A stretch of 64,000 bases of DNA from a virus. Both the position numbers and the translations under genes were made by a program. Position 1 is the stretch's first letter; each line of letters starts with the position of its first letter. The notes beneath the pieces were generated by a model, which did no database searches, was not told the DNA's origin, and saw nothing but the letters and a program-made list of their open reading frames with translations. This document shows positions 1 to 10,741 of the stretch, in pieces. The stretch is taken from positions 64,001 to 128,000 of IMG/VR virus record IMGVR_UViG_3300045988_099276; one strand, 5' to 3'.

Positions 1-582
1 GAAGACGTGGTGCATCTAAAAGGGTCTGCTCGTAATTACTCTTATTGTCCTATTGAAGATATGCGTAGTCTTTGTGAAGATACTGGTGTTGTCGATTATG
101 CTTCTGGGCACGGGTCTGCATTTGGTCTGTCCTTGCCTTTAGAGAACTTTTATGAGTTCTTAGACAAGACCAATGAGCAATACAAAGGTGTCGATTTTAA
201 ACCTGTCTATCTCGTTGATTACGTTTGGAATTACGATAGAGTCAATCCAAAATATGTTCTTGATATTGCAGAACTTAATATTTATGGTCAGGGTATTCCA
301 GAGTCTAAAGTTGTGGTAGAAGATATTGCATTAGACAATGTTAATGTACAGCTTCTAGGTGAAGCAAAAGGGCATCCTACTATTAAGATTTCTTTACCGT
401 CTGGCGTTGATATTATGAAATTCAAATCTTCTAGAGAAGAATTTGAAGAATGGACAAGTGGTGAAAAGAAGCTAACCATTGTAGGAACGTGTTCCAAAAA
501 TTCTTGGATGGGAAACATTACGCCGCAAATTCTAATTGATGATTTTGAATTAGAAGATTATGAAGAGGAATGGGTATTTTAA
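1..582 (+). CDS. DHH/DHHA1-family (RecJ-like) phosphoesterase, C-terminal fragment; ORF is open to the window edge
   Basis: The reading frame is open from nt 1 (EDVVHLKGS...). ASGHGSAFG resembles the DHHA1 GGGH motif. It sits at the head of the replication module. Confidence 0.4.
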   Translation, partial: EDVVHLKGSARNYSYCPIEDMRSLCEDTGVVDYASGHGSAFGLSLPLENFYEFLDKTNEQYKGVDFKPVYLVDYVWNYDRVNPKYVLDIAELNIYGQGIPESKVVVEDIALDNVNVQLLGEAKGHPTIKISLPSGVDIMKFKSSREEFEEWTSGEKKLTIVGTCSKNSWMGNITPQILIDDFELEDYEEEWVF

Positions 583-834
583 ATGAAACTTCAAATTGAA
601 GAAGCAGAGCTGCGAAATCTTGCGTATAAGGCATCACGTTATGATATTATCATTGATGCTCTTATTCGTGAGAAATTCGATAAGATTGACATTTATAGCG
701 ATTGGGAAATGACTGAAAACTATATGCAAGACATTATCAATCAGCAGCAAAGTGATATTAAGCCTGCAAACGAAGATAAGATTAAAGCAGACCGAGAGTG
801 GATGGATAAGCATCCTGACTTTGGTATAATGTAA
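583..834 (+). CDS. hypothetical protein
   Basis: ATG immediately follows the upstream TAA. 83 aa, acidic, followed by a terminator. Confidence 0.5.
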   Translation: MKLQIEEAELRNLAYKASRYDIIIDALIREKFDKIDIYSDWEMTENYMQDIINQQQSDIKPANEDKIKADREWMDKHPDFGIM

Positions 835-841
835 TTAAAAG

Positions 842-877
842 CCCTCTAGTTTTTTGTTTGACTAGAGGGTTTTTTTA
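842..877 (+). terminator. rho-independent terminator
   Basis: Stem CCCTCTAGT (842-850) / ACTAGAGGG (861-869) followed by a T-run (870-877). Confidence 0.7.
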
Positions 878-886
878 TGTTATAAT
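858..886 (+). promoter_or_regulatory. sigma70/sigmaA-type promoter
   Basis: TTGACT (858-863), 17-nt spacer ending in TGT, TATAAT (881-886). The -35 box is embedded in the terminator stem. Confidence 0.6.
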
Positions 887-928
887 ATATTTATAAAGAA
901 AATCCAGTAGAAAGGAGTAGCATAGATT

Positions 929-1339
929 ATGCGAATGGCGAAATGTCCTCTGTGCGGAAAGACGGCACCTAACAATTTTAAAAAAGGAAATAAGTGGTAT
1001 TCTAAGTGTTACAATAAGGAGTGCGGATATACTACCGAGGTTGGTATGCCAACACGTAAAATGAGTCGTTTTAATTGGAATCTAAACTATGAGCGTTTAA
1101 CTGGCGAGACTCTTCCTGATGAAATGACTGGTCGGCAGAAGGGTGCTTATATGAAAAAGGAAATTCGTTGCGGCGTGCCTGAATTAGTTCAGTGTTTCAC
1201 TCAAGAAGACTTTGAAAACTGGGAAGAAAAGTACGACTACAAAGACATCAACTGGGTTGCGCCAAAAGGCAAGAAACAGCGTGCGGCATATAGGAAGCGT
1301 AAACAAAAAGAACGTGCGGAAAATGAACAGAAATGCTAA
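929..1339 (+). CDS. zinc-ribbon protein, function unknown
   Basis: AAAGGAG SD upstream. N-terminal CPLCG...C..EC cysteine pairs and a basic C-terminus. Confidence 0.5.
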   Translation: MRMAKCPLCGKTAPNNFKKGNKWYSKCYNKECGYTTEVGMPTRKMSRFNWNLNYERLTGETLPDEMTGRQKGAYMKKEIRCGVPELVQCFTQEDFENWEEKYDYKDINWVAPKGKKQRAAYRKRKQKERAENEQKC

Positions 1340-1377
1340 ATATAACATTTTATGTATAACTAAGGCTAAGGACGGTG

Positions 1378-4300
1378 ATGCCAATGACAGTGCCGCGATT
1401 TGATATTCACAATCATACGCACTATTCTTAACCAACTTACGACTTATTGACTCAACTGTCAAACCAAAAGAACTAATTGATAGAGCTATAGAATTAGGTC
1501 TTGCGGGAATCGCAATCACCGACCATGAAGCGTTAGGCGGACACGTAGAGATTGACCGCATCCAAGAGGAATATAAAGATAAATATCCTGATTTTAAAAT
1601 CGTTCGCGGCAATGAGATTTATCTTACAGACACACGAGATTATGGTCAATATTACTATCACTTTGTTCTCTTGGCTTTAGATGCTATTGGGCATAAGATG
1701 CTACGTGAGCTATCTTCTACTGCTTGGATTAATAGCTATTTTGACCGAGGAATGGAACGTGTACCTACTCTAAAGTCAGACCTTGCGGCAATTGTTGAAA
1801 AGTATGGAAAAGGTCACCTGCATGGTAGCTGCGCCTGCTTAGCGGGAGAAGTCAATCATAACCTTAGTCTTATGATTAAAGCTGAAAAACAAGGAAATGC
1901 CGCACAAGTTAAAGTATATCATAAGAATATTGTTAACTTTATCAAGTGGTGTATATCAATCTTTGGCAAAGATTATTTTTCTTTAGAGGTTGCTCCCGGT
2001 CGCAATGAAGAACAATTCGCTGTCAACTCTAGAATGAATTCTTTATCTAAAGTATTCAATCTTCCAATTGTTATTGGATGTGATACACACTATCTTAAAA
2101 AGGAAGATAGATACGTACACAAGGCTTTCCTTAATTCTAAAGGTGGAGAGCGTGAAGTAGATTCGTTTTATGAGTATTGCTATTTACAATCTGAACAAGA
2201 GATTATAAAAAATCTTGAAGGCACAGGTCTTGATTATGAAGAACTATGCGCCAATTCAATGAATATTCTTGATAAGTGCCAGTATTATACTTTATATCAT
2301 AAACAGCAAGTGCCGCAAGTGGAAGTTCCTTCTTATCCAAAAGAGGAAAAGAATCATCACTTCTATGATGTAGATAAATATCCTACACTAGATTATCTTA
2401 TGCACTCAGATAATCCGCAAGAACGTTATTGGATAAACTATTGCCAAAACGAGCTGAATAAAAAGGGATTAAATAACGAAACCTATCTTGCAAGATTAGA
2501 GGAAGAAGCTGATATTAACAAGGTTATTGGCGATAAACTTGATACTTGTATGTTTGCTTATCCTATTTTTCTACAGCATTACATCAATCTTTTTTGGGAA
2601 TGCGGCTCAACGGTCGGTGCTGGTCGAGGGTCAGCTTGTTCTGGTCTTAACCACTGGCTTTTAGGTGTTACACAGCTAGACCCAGTTGTCAATGACTTGC
2701 CTTATTGGAGGTACTCGAATAAGGAACGTATCGAGCTAGGCGATATTGATATAGATTTAGCCCCGTCTAAACGCGAACTAGTCTTTGAGAAAATTAGGGA
2801 AGAACGTGGTCAATTAGGATGTGTGCAAGTCTGTACATATGGTACGGTTACATCTAAGGCAGCAGTAAAAATTGCTTGTCGAGGATATCGCTCAGATAAA
2901 TATCCAAATGGAATTGAGCTAGATGAAGCAGAATACCTTTCTTCTTTAATTCCTTCTGAACGTGGTTTTGTCTGGCCTTTATCTGATTGCTTTTTTGGCA
3001 ACGAAGAGAAGAAACGCAAGCCTAATAAAACTTTTGTCCAAGAGGTAAACAAATTCCCTCGTCTACAAGAAATCTTATTGAATATCTGCGGACTTGTTAC
3101 GCAACGAGCTATTCATGCTTCTGGTGTTAACTTTTATGGAGAAGACCCATACCAGACTGCTTGCTTTATGAAAGCTAAAAATGGAGCTATAATTACACAG
3201 TATTCTCTAGCGAATGCAGAGTACTGCGGTGATGTGAAGCTCGATTTCCTTGTGACGGAAGTGCAGGATGTAATTACTCAATGCCTTAATCTCTTACAGG
3301 AGAATGGTAAGATTGAATCTGGTCTAACACTTCGTCAAATGTATGATAAGTACCTACATCCTACAGTGTTACCGTTACATGATGAAAAACTGTGGAAAGC
3401 AGCTGTTTCTGGAAAGGTCTTAAAATTTTTCCAATTTGACACACAGGTCGGCGGTCAGACAATTAAGCTCTTAAAGCCGCACACACCTCTTGAAATGGCG
3501 AACTGCAATTCCATTATGCGTCTCATGGCTAGTGAACAAGGTGATGAAACACCAACAGAACGATACAAGCGCATGAAAGATGATATGTCGCAATGGTATG
3601 CGGAAATGGATAGATGGGGTCTTTCAAAGGAAGAACAAAAGAGTCTAGAGAAGTATTATCTGCCAACGTATGCGGCGCCTGCTCAGCAAGAAGATATGAT
3701 GATAATCCTAATGGAAGTCTGCGGCTTTTCTTTATCTGAGTCGAATTTTGCAAGAAAAGTTTGCGCAAAAAAGAAGATGGACAAGATTCCTGAGCTGAGA
3801 AAAATGGTATTACAAGGTGCTCCAAACGAAAATCTTGGTAAATACATTTGGGAGACTGCTATCAAACCACAGATGGGCTACTCATTTTCTCGAATCCATT
3901 CTCTGGCTTATTCCTATATCGGTCTACAAACGGTCTATTTAGCTACCTATTTTCCTGTCGTATATTGGAATACAGCTTGTCTTCGAGTCGATGCTGGTCT
4001 TGATGAAGATGCCGCATCTAACTATGGCAAGATTGCAAAGGCAATTGGTAATATGATTAACAATGGCGTTACAGTAAAGCCAGTTAATATCAATAAGTCT
4101 GGTTATCTATTTGAACCAGATGAGGAAGACAATGCTATCTTATATGGCATGAAATCGTTAAATGGAGTTGGCGGCGAAGTAGTTTCAAGAATTATTGCCA
4201 ATCGTCCATATGATTCATTCCAAGATTTCTTAGATAAAAACAATGAAAATAAGACTACAGTATTAGCTCTTATCAAAGGCGGCGCTTTTGATTCTTTCGA

Positions 4301-5231
4301 TAGCCGCAAGAATATTATGAAACAATATATTGAGATTGTAAGTAATCCCAAAAAGCGTATCACAATGCAAAACTTTAAATCTTTAATTGATTATAAGCTC
4401 ATTCCAAAAGAACTAAAGTTCCAAAAGCAAGTGTTTAATTTCGACAAAACAATGAAAAAACAATGCAAATATACAGCAGAAGAATTTGATTTAAGCAAAT
4501 CAGATATACATTATAAGTTTTATAATAAATACTTTGATACTGATAATCTATATATTAAAAATAATTCTATATGTCTAAATAAAACGACTTGGAAGAAAGA
4601 ATATGATAAAGTAATGCTTGCCGCAAAAGATTACATCCAAGAGAACAAAGAAGTTTTATTACAGAAGCTAAATAGGAAACTGTTCTTAGAGCAATGGAAT
4701 ACATATGCGACAGGTACATATTCAACTTGGGAAATGGATGCTCTTGGATATTATTATCATAAACATGAATTGTCAAATGTTGACGAATCTATTTATGATA
4801 TAGTATCATATAATAGTTTACCGACAACGCCACCTACCGATTATGTATTTAAACGTGGCGATAAAGAGATTAAAATTCCTAAGACTTGCAGAATTATTGG
4901 TACAGTGGTCGGCAAGAATAATACAAAAGGACAAGTTGATATTCTTACAACTGATTCTGGCGTTGTAACTGTTAAGTTTGCATTAGATTATTTTGCAAAA
5001 TATAATCGCCGTGTAAGTGAAAATGTAAATGGTGAAAATAAGGTTATGGAACAAGGATGGTTTCAAAAAGGAACACTGATTGTAGTTAATGGCTATCGAA
5101 ACGGTGATATGTTTAGAGCAAAGAAATATAAGAAAACCAACTCGCATCAATTATATAAAATTACGAAAGTAAATAAAGACGGCACTATAGAAATGACCAA
5201 TAACCGCTATGGCGAAAATGTTGACAATTAA
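1378..5231 (+). CDS. dnaE: DNA polymerase III alpha subunit (DnaE-like) with a frame break in the PHP domain (-1 shift or missing base near 1428)
   Basis: ATG 1378 (AAGGA SD) gives MPMTVPRFDIHNHTHYS, then TAA at 1429. The track-ORF frame is open from 1404 and continues LTNLRLIDSTVKPKELIDRAIELGLAGIAITDHEALGGH, which is a PHP N-terminus. Downstream are GRGSACSGLNHWLLGVTQLDP and DIDIDL palm motifs. Confidence 0.8.
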
Positions 5232-5249
5232 ATAAAGTTATGTTATAAT
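5221..5249 (+). promoter_or_regulatory. sigma70/sigmaA-type promoter
   Basis: TTGACA (5221-5226), 17-nt spacer ending in TGT, TATAAT (5244-5249). It overlaps the dnaE stop codon. Confidence 0.6.
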
Positions 5250-5251
5250 AT

Positions 5252-5290
5252 AGGAGTAAACAAAAGGAAAGGTTTACTCCTATATTTTTT
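5252..5290 (+). terminator. hairpin plus U-run (dnaE terminator or leader attenuator)
   Basis: AGGAGTAAAC (5252-5261) / GTTTACTCCT (5272-5281), then ATATTTTTT. Confidence 0.6.
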
Positions 5291-5299
5291 GGAGGTTTG

Positions 5300-5926
5300 A
5301 TGTATCCAATAGTAATTGGCATTTGCGGTAAGTCGAGTGCTGGCAAAGATTTTGTTGCCACTCGATTGGTTGAAGAGTATAAGAAAATTGGTATCCCAGC
5401 AAAAAAGGTAATCAGTTATACAACTCGTCCTCCAAGAGAGGGAGAAGTTGACGGTGTTGATTATCATTTCGTTGATTTGGAAACTTTTATTGAAATGCAA
5501 TATGATAATAAGTTTATTGAGCATACTGAGTTTCGCGGTTGGCGATATGGCACTGCAATCAATTCATTCGATGATGATTGTGTAAATATCTGCGTTCTTA
5601 ATCCTACTGGTATGTACTCTTTACATAAATACTATCGTCATACTCGTTCAATTGCGGCATGTGAATTATTTTATCTTAAAGTGCCGTTCTTTACGCGACT
5701 TAAACGTTCTATCAAACGTGAACATACTTTTAAATGGGAGTTTATCAGACGAGCGTTCGCGGACAATCATGACTTCCTAGATTATGATGAATACTTTGGA
5801 CATATGGAACATGAACATCTTCTGCCCTATTGTCATGGTCGCATAGATTTTGTATCCAAAATTATGAATAATGATAGACTGATTTATGAAATTTCAAAGC
5901 TAAAACGTAAACATTTATCCAAATAA
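5300..5926 (+). CDS. guanylate-kinase-like (d)NMP kinase
   Basis: P-loop GICGKSSAGKD and a guanylate-kinase signature, YTTRPPREGEVDGVDYHFV. Start set to ATG 5300 (GGAGG 4 nt upstream); the track start 5297 is TTG. Confidence 0.7.
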   Translation: MYPIVIGICGKSSAGKDFVATRLVEEYKKIGIPAKKVISYTTRPPREGEVDGVDYHFVDLETFIEMQYDNKFIEHTEFRGWRYGTAINSFDDDCVNICVLNPTGMYSLHKYYRHTRSIAACELFYLKVPFFTRLKRSIKREHTFKWEFIRRAFADNHDFLDYDEYFGHMEHEHLLPYCHGRIDFVSKIMNNDRLIYEISKLKRKHLSK

Positions 5927-5988
5927 ACGTATGGACATAAGTTTAGAAAGTTTATTAACCAATTTTTATATAAGAGAAAGAGGATAAA

Positions 5989-6441
5989 ATGATTTTTCAA
6001 GTACGGCAAGGAGTGTTTGAAACTAATTCAAGCTCAACACATACGCTAACTATCTGCTCAAAAGATGATTTTGACAAGTGGAAAAATGGCGAAGTATTTT
6101 GGCTTGACAATGATTGGCATAAATTAGATACAGATAAGAATTTTGTTACCCCAGAAGAGCTAAAAGAGCTTGCGGAAAAGTACAATGAAGAACAACAGAA
6201 GCGCATTGACGCAGGAGATAAGTACGCTAAACTGCTTGATATTGACAAAGTTCTCAATGAGCGTCCAGATTACGATAGTTGGGACGATAGCTATTGGGAC
6301 ACTGAGCGTAGTGCGCTGGAAGCATATACAACAGATGATTTTTATGTACGTAACGATGAACTTGAAACTTATAGTGAAACTTTTACTTCTCCTTCTGGTG
6401 ACGAAATGGTAGCGTTTGGAGCGTTTGGATATGATGACTAA
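5989..6441 (+). CDS. hypothetical acidic protein
   Basis: GAGAAAGAGG SD upstream. 150 aa, D/E-rich. Confidence 0.5.
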   Translation: MIFQVRQGVFETNSSSTHTLTICSKDDFDKWKNGEVFWLDNDWHKLDTDKNFVTPEELKELAEKYNEEQQKRIDAGDKYAKLLDIDKVLNERPDYDSWDDSYWDTERSALEAYTTDDFYVRNDELETYSETFTSPSGDEMVAFGAFGYDD

Positions 6442-8557
6442 AGATTGGAATATGACAGCCAAAGGTTTTGACCCTCGCCCTTCCAATTGTGTTTCTTACA
6501 ATAACGGTAACTATACAGTTACGTTATCTCTTGCAGACGGGACTATGATTCGATACAGTAAAGACGACAAATTGGTCCCGTCTTTTCCTGACTCTATGGA
6601 TATTAAAATTACCAACTGCTGTTCGCTGAATTGCCGTTATTGTCACGAGAAATCGATAAAGGACGGACAGCATGGAGACATCTTATCAGACAGCTTTATT
6701 GACAAGCTACATCCTTACACTCAACTAGCTTGCTTAGCGGGAGATACAACCGTTCATACTGAATACGGTGCAAAAAATATTTCTGAGCTTAAAGTTGGTG
6801 ACAAGATTTACGATTCTGAATATAAATTACGAACTGTAATTTCTATTCAAACAAAACAAGACTCTTATCTAACAATTAAAGGTAATAGAGGTTTTAATGT
6901 TCAATGTTCAAAAGACCATCCATTCTATAGCAATAATGTTAAGACATTAGCTGAAAATATAAAAGCAAAAACTCAAATTGATGTTATTTCTTCTTTTGAA
7001 GATACAACTTTTACAAAAAATGAAAAGCCAATCATCTGTTATATGAACAAGTATATTCACCATTACACAAATCCAAGATATAAAAATACACATAGCGGCT
7101 ACATAACAGATGATAACAAAGTTGTTCTGTGTCCTAATACTCCAGCAATTCCTCAGCGCATCGTTCTTAATGAAGATTTAATGTGGTTATATGGATTATA
7201 TGTGGCCGAAGGGTCTTCAAAGAGTTTTGTTTTGCATGAAAAAGAAACTGACTTTGCAAATAGAATTAAACAAATATGGAAAGACAATTTTAAATTAGAT
7301 TGTGCTATTTACTATCATCCAGAAAGACACAGCCAAGCGATAGAGCCACAATCAAAATCTATTATGGATGCTTTCTTTGTAAAATATTTACAGGCAGGTC
7401 ATGGTGCTAGAAATAAAACTCTTAGCTTCTTATATAAAGTAAACAATAAAGAGTTTATTAGAAGTGCTTTGCGTGGGTTATATGATGGTGACGGTTGTAT
7501 TAGAACAAGAAAAAGAGGCGATTCTGTTTTCTATTCTTTAAGTTTAAAAACAACCAGTAAAACCTTAGCTTATGACGTAGCTTTTCTGATTGCAAAATGG
7601 TTTGGTATTTATGCTTCTGTTTTTCACGGCATCAGTCCAGAAAGAGAAATTGAGGGTAGAACTTTACAATCATCAGATTATTATATGGTTGATATTTATG
7701 GATTGGAATCTTGCAAGAAACTTTTTCCAGATTATATTGAATGGCAAGAACTAAAAGTAATACAACATCGTAGACAGCCTATTCTAAAAGCAAAAGAAAT
7801 CGTAGAAAGCTTAGACGAACAGACTCTTTATGATATTACGTTAGACGGCGGTACGCATATTTTTCCAATAAATGGATACGTATTAACACATAATTGCGGT
7901 GGGGGCAATGTTCTAGAGCATCCCGACCTTGTACCTTTTCTAAAGAAGTGTAAGGAACTAAAGTTAGTCCCATCTATAACAGTGAACCAGATTCATTTTA
8001 TGCAACAGCATAAGTTTCTCAAGCAGTTGACAGATGAAAAGCTAATCTATGGTCTTGGTATCTCTTTCCATCACCCTGATAAGAACTTCCTGCTTATGCT
8101 CCGCAGCTTTCCTAATGCGGTCATTCATACAATCGCAGGTATCACCAAGGAAAGAAATTATGAGTTCCTTGCCGACAACGGTTTAAAGATTCTTATTCTT
8201 GGATATAAGAAATTCGGTCGTGGAATTCAAGCCTACCAAGAGTCTCATCAGCATATTGATTACAGTATCATGAATCTCAAACACCTTTTGCCGTATATGG
8301 TCAAAGAAAAGTGGTTTGACAGCATTTCATTTGATAATCTTGCGCTAGAGCAGCTTGACGTAAAGAACCTTATGCCGCAAGATAAGTGGGATATGTTCTA
8401 TATGGGCGATGAAGGTAGTTCCACGATGTATGTTGATATGGTCAATCGAGAGTTTGCGGCGAATTCTACGTCTGAAACTCGTTATCCTCTTTTGGACAAT
8501 GTAGAAGATATGTTGAATGTAATTCACCAAGAGAAGAAGGGAAAAGATATTGACTAA
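6431..8557 (+). CDS. radical-SAM enzyme of unknown function, interrupted by an intein
   Basis: CSLNCRYCHE is a CxxxCxxC cluster. After intein removal the sequence reads ...HPYTQLA|CGGGNVLEHPDL (GGE-like SAM motif). Start moved to ATG 6431 (GGAG 9 nt upstream). Confidence 0.75.
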   Translation: MMTKDWNMTAKGFDPRPSNCVSYNNGNYTVTLSLADGTMIRYSKDDKLVPSFPDSMDIKITNCCSLNCRYCHEKSIKDGQHGDILSDSFIDKLHPYTQLACLAGDTTVHTEYGAKNISELKVGDKIYDSEYKLRTVISIQTKQDSYLTIKGNRGFNVQCSKDHPFYSNNVKTLAENIKAKTQIDVISSFEDTTFTKNEKPIICYMNKYIHHYTNPRYKNTHSGYITDDNKVVLCPNTPAIPQRIVLNEDLMWLYGLYVAEGSSKSFVLHEKETDFANRIKQIWKDNFKLDCAIYYHPERHSQAIEPQSKSIMDAFFVKYLQAGHGARNKTLSFLYKVNNKEFIRSALRGLYDGDGCIRTRKRGDSVFYSLSLKTTSKTLAYDVAFLIAKWFGIYASVFHGISPEREIEGRTLQSSDYYMVDIYGLESCKKLFPDYIEWQELKVIQHRRQPILKAKEIVESLDEQTLYDITLDGGTHIFPINGYVLTHNCGGGNVLEHPDLVPFLKKCKELKLVPSITVNQIHFMQQHKFLKQLTDEKLIYGLGISFHHPDKNFLLMLRSFPNAVIHTIAGITKERNYEFLADNGLKILILGYKKFGRGIQAYQESHQHIDYSIMNLKHLLPYMVKEKWFDSISFDNLALEQLDVKNLMPQDKWDMFYMGDEGSSTMYVDMVNREFAANSTSETRYPLLDNVEDMLNVIHQEKKGKDID
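6731..7894 (+). mobile_element. intein with LAGLIDADG homing-endonuclease domain (388 aa)
   Basis: N-terminal CLAGDTTV (block A) and SKDHPF (block B). Two LAGLIDADG motifs, LYGLYVAEGSS and LRGLYDGDGCI. C-terminal GYVLTHN followed by +1 Cys (7895). Confidence 0.85.
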
Positions 8558-10730
8558 ATATATTACAAAACGAAATGGAAATAAAGTAGAATTCGATATT
8601 TCTAAGATTGAAAATGCGGTATTTCGTGCGGCATGTGATGTTTCTGGTACTCTTGGATGGACACTGACGTTTTGCCATGAGGTTGCGAAAGATATTGCAC
8701 ATGACTTTGAAAAAGCTGAATATTATCATGACGGCATGACAGTCGAAGAAATTCAGGACGCTGTTGAAGAACTGCTCATGGGCGATTTTCCGCATGTTGC
8801 AAAATCATATATGATTTATCGTTATGAACATCAGATTGCACGTCAAGAAAATTTTGAAGACGAATTACAGAAAATTGTAAATAATGATACTTCGAGTGCA
8901 TATGCTTACGAAAATAGCAATAAAGATTTTACATCTGTGGCTATTCAGAGAGATTATATCGCTGGTATGATGTCAACAAAACTAGCTTTGAAATACGTTT
9001 TTCCAGATGACGTTGTGCAAGCTCATAAAGAGGGCTATTTATATATTCATGATTTAGATTATTCATTCCAGCACACTTTAAATAATTGCGGATTATTAAA
9101 TCTTGAAGATATGCTAAACAATGGTACTGTAATTAGTGGAGTTAAAATTGAAAAACCACACTCTCTTTTAACTGCTACCACTATTGCAACTCAAATTATG
9201 ATGCAAGTAGCAAATTTTCAGTTTGGCGGCCAAACAATTAATTTGGGTCATTTAGCTCCATTTGTAAGAGTCTCTTATGAAAAGTATTTAAAGAAATACA
9301 AAGATTATGGTTTAGATGAAAATCAAGCAAAATCTTTTGCAGAAAAGGATACCAAGAAAGAGATTAAAGATAGTATCCAATGTCTTAATTATCAACTAAG
9401 TACATTGTTCAGCGCTGGGTCAGGTCAAACTCCATTCGCCTCCGTGTTCATTTACCTGAACGATAATCCTGAATATACAAAAGAGCTTATTGCACTAACA
9501 GAAGAGTTACTTGAACAGAGACTTCTTGGTATGCCTAATGAAGATGGTGTGCGCATAACTCAGGCATTCCCCAAGATTCTGTATTGTTTAGATGAAGATA
9601 ATTATAAGCCTGGTACAAAATATTGGTGGCTTACAGCAAAAGCAGCCAACTGTTCTATTCATCGCCTTGTCCCAGATTTTATTTCAGTAAAAAAGAGCAA
9701 GGAGCTAAAAGAAGGCTATGTTGTACCTAATATGGGTTGTCGTTCATTCCTCGCTCCTTGGTACGATGAAAACGGTAAAGCAAAATTCTGGGGACGTTGG
9801 AATCTTGGCGTTTGTTCACTAAACCCACTTCTAATGGCTTACGATAGTAACAAGGACGAAGATAAGTTTTTTGAGATTTTAAGGGATAAAGCAGAATTAG
9901 CGAAGAAAAGTCTTGAAGTACGAGCAAAACGTCTAGCCAATACAAAATCAGATGTAGCTCCTATCCTTTGGCAACATGGAGTCTATGCGCGTTTAAAGCC
10001 AGGCGAGACATTAAAAGAAATGGTTTACAATGGTTATTGCTCTGCTTCTTTAGGCTTTATCGGCTTAGCAGAGGTAACACAATATATGAAAGGCGTTAGT
10101 ATTGCAACGCCAGAAGGCGAAGCATTTGCAACAAAAATTATGAGTTTCTTGAGTGATTTATGCGCCAAATGGAAAGAAGAAACCGGCATCGGATTTTCAC
10201 TTTACTCAACTCCCTCAGAAAATTACTGTGGTAAGGCTTGTCATGCTGTAAAGGCCAAATATGCAGAACAATTTAAATCTGATTTTGGGGAAACAAAAGA
10301 TTATTTAGAGAACTCTTATCATATTCCTTCGTGTGAAGAAATTGACCCGTTCTCAAAAATTACCATTGAAGGAAGGCTACAGGCACATAGTCTAGGCGGT
10401 TGCCTAAGCTATATTAACTGCGCAGATATTACAGCAAATCCATCTGCTATTTATAAGGTGCTTGAATGTATCTATAATAATTGTCTATATTGTGAAATCA
10501 ATGTTATTACTTCCTATTGCCATACGTGCGGACAAAAACAAACAATTCATGTCCATGAGAACGAAGATGGCAGCACTTGGTGGGAATGCGATAACTGTGG
10601 CGAAACAGACCAAAATAAAATGGATGTTGCAGCGCGTACGTGCGGTTATATCGGAACTAATTGGTGGAACAGCTCTAAGACTCAAGAAATTGCTAGAAGG
10701 TATTACAATTTAGATAATCATAAAATATAA
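8550..10730 (+). CDS. nrdD: anaerobic (class III) ribonucleoside-triphosphate reductase
   Basis: ATP-cone-like N-terminus. C-terminal CHTCG...CDNCG zinc site and glycyl-radical motif RTCGYIG. TTG start overlaps the upstream stop. Confidence 0.9.
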   Translation: MTKYITKRNGNKVEFDISKIENAVFRAACDVSGTLGWTLTFCHEVAKDIAHDFEKAEYYHDGMTVEEIQDAVEELLMGDFPHVAKSYMIYRYEHQIARQENFEDELQKIVNNDTSSAYAYENSNKDFTSVAIQRDYIAGMMSTKLALKYVFPDDVVQAHKEGYLYIHDLDYSFQHTLNNCGLLNLEDMLNNGTVISGVKIEKPHSLLTATTIATQIMMQVANFQFGGQTINLGHLAPFVRVSYEKYLKKYKDYGLDENQAKSFAEKDTKKEIKDSIQCLNYQLSTLFSAGSGQTPFASVFIYLNDNPEYTKELIALTEELLEQRLLGMPNEDGVRITQAFPKILYCLDEDNYKPGTKYWWLTAKAANCSIHRLVPDFISVKKSKELKEGYVVPNMGCRSFLAPWYDENGKAKFWGRWNLGVCSLNPLLMAYDSNKDEDKFFEILRDKAELAKKSLEVRAKRLANTKSDVAPILWQHGVYARLKPGETLKEMVYNGYCSASLGFIGLAEVTQYMKGVSIATPEGEAFATKIMSFLSDLCAKWKEETGIGFSLYSTPSENYCGKACHAVKAKYAEQFKSDFGETKDYLENSYHIPSCEEIDPFSKITIEGRLQAHSLGGCLSYINCADITANPSAIYKVLECIYNNCLYCEINVITSYCHTCGQKQTIHVHENEDGSTWWECDNCGETDQNKMDVAARTCGYIGTNWWNSSKTQEIARRYYNLDNHKI

Positions 10731-10741
10731 TAGAGGAAGAT

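Noticed and set aside
1184-1612. Track ORFs 1184..1612 (-) and 1212..1403 (+) near the dnaE start.
   Set aside because: They overlap the zinc-ribbon gene and the PHP-domain coding region in the wrong frame or strand, with no motifs.
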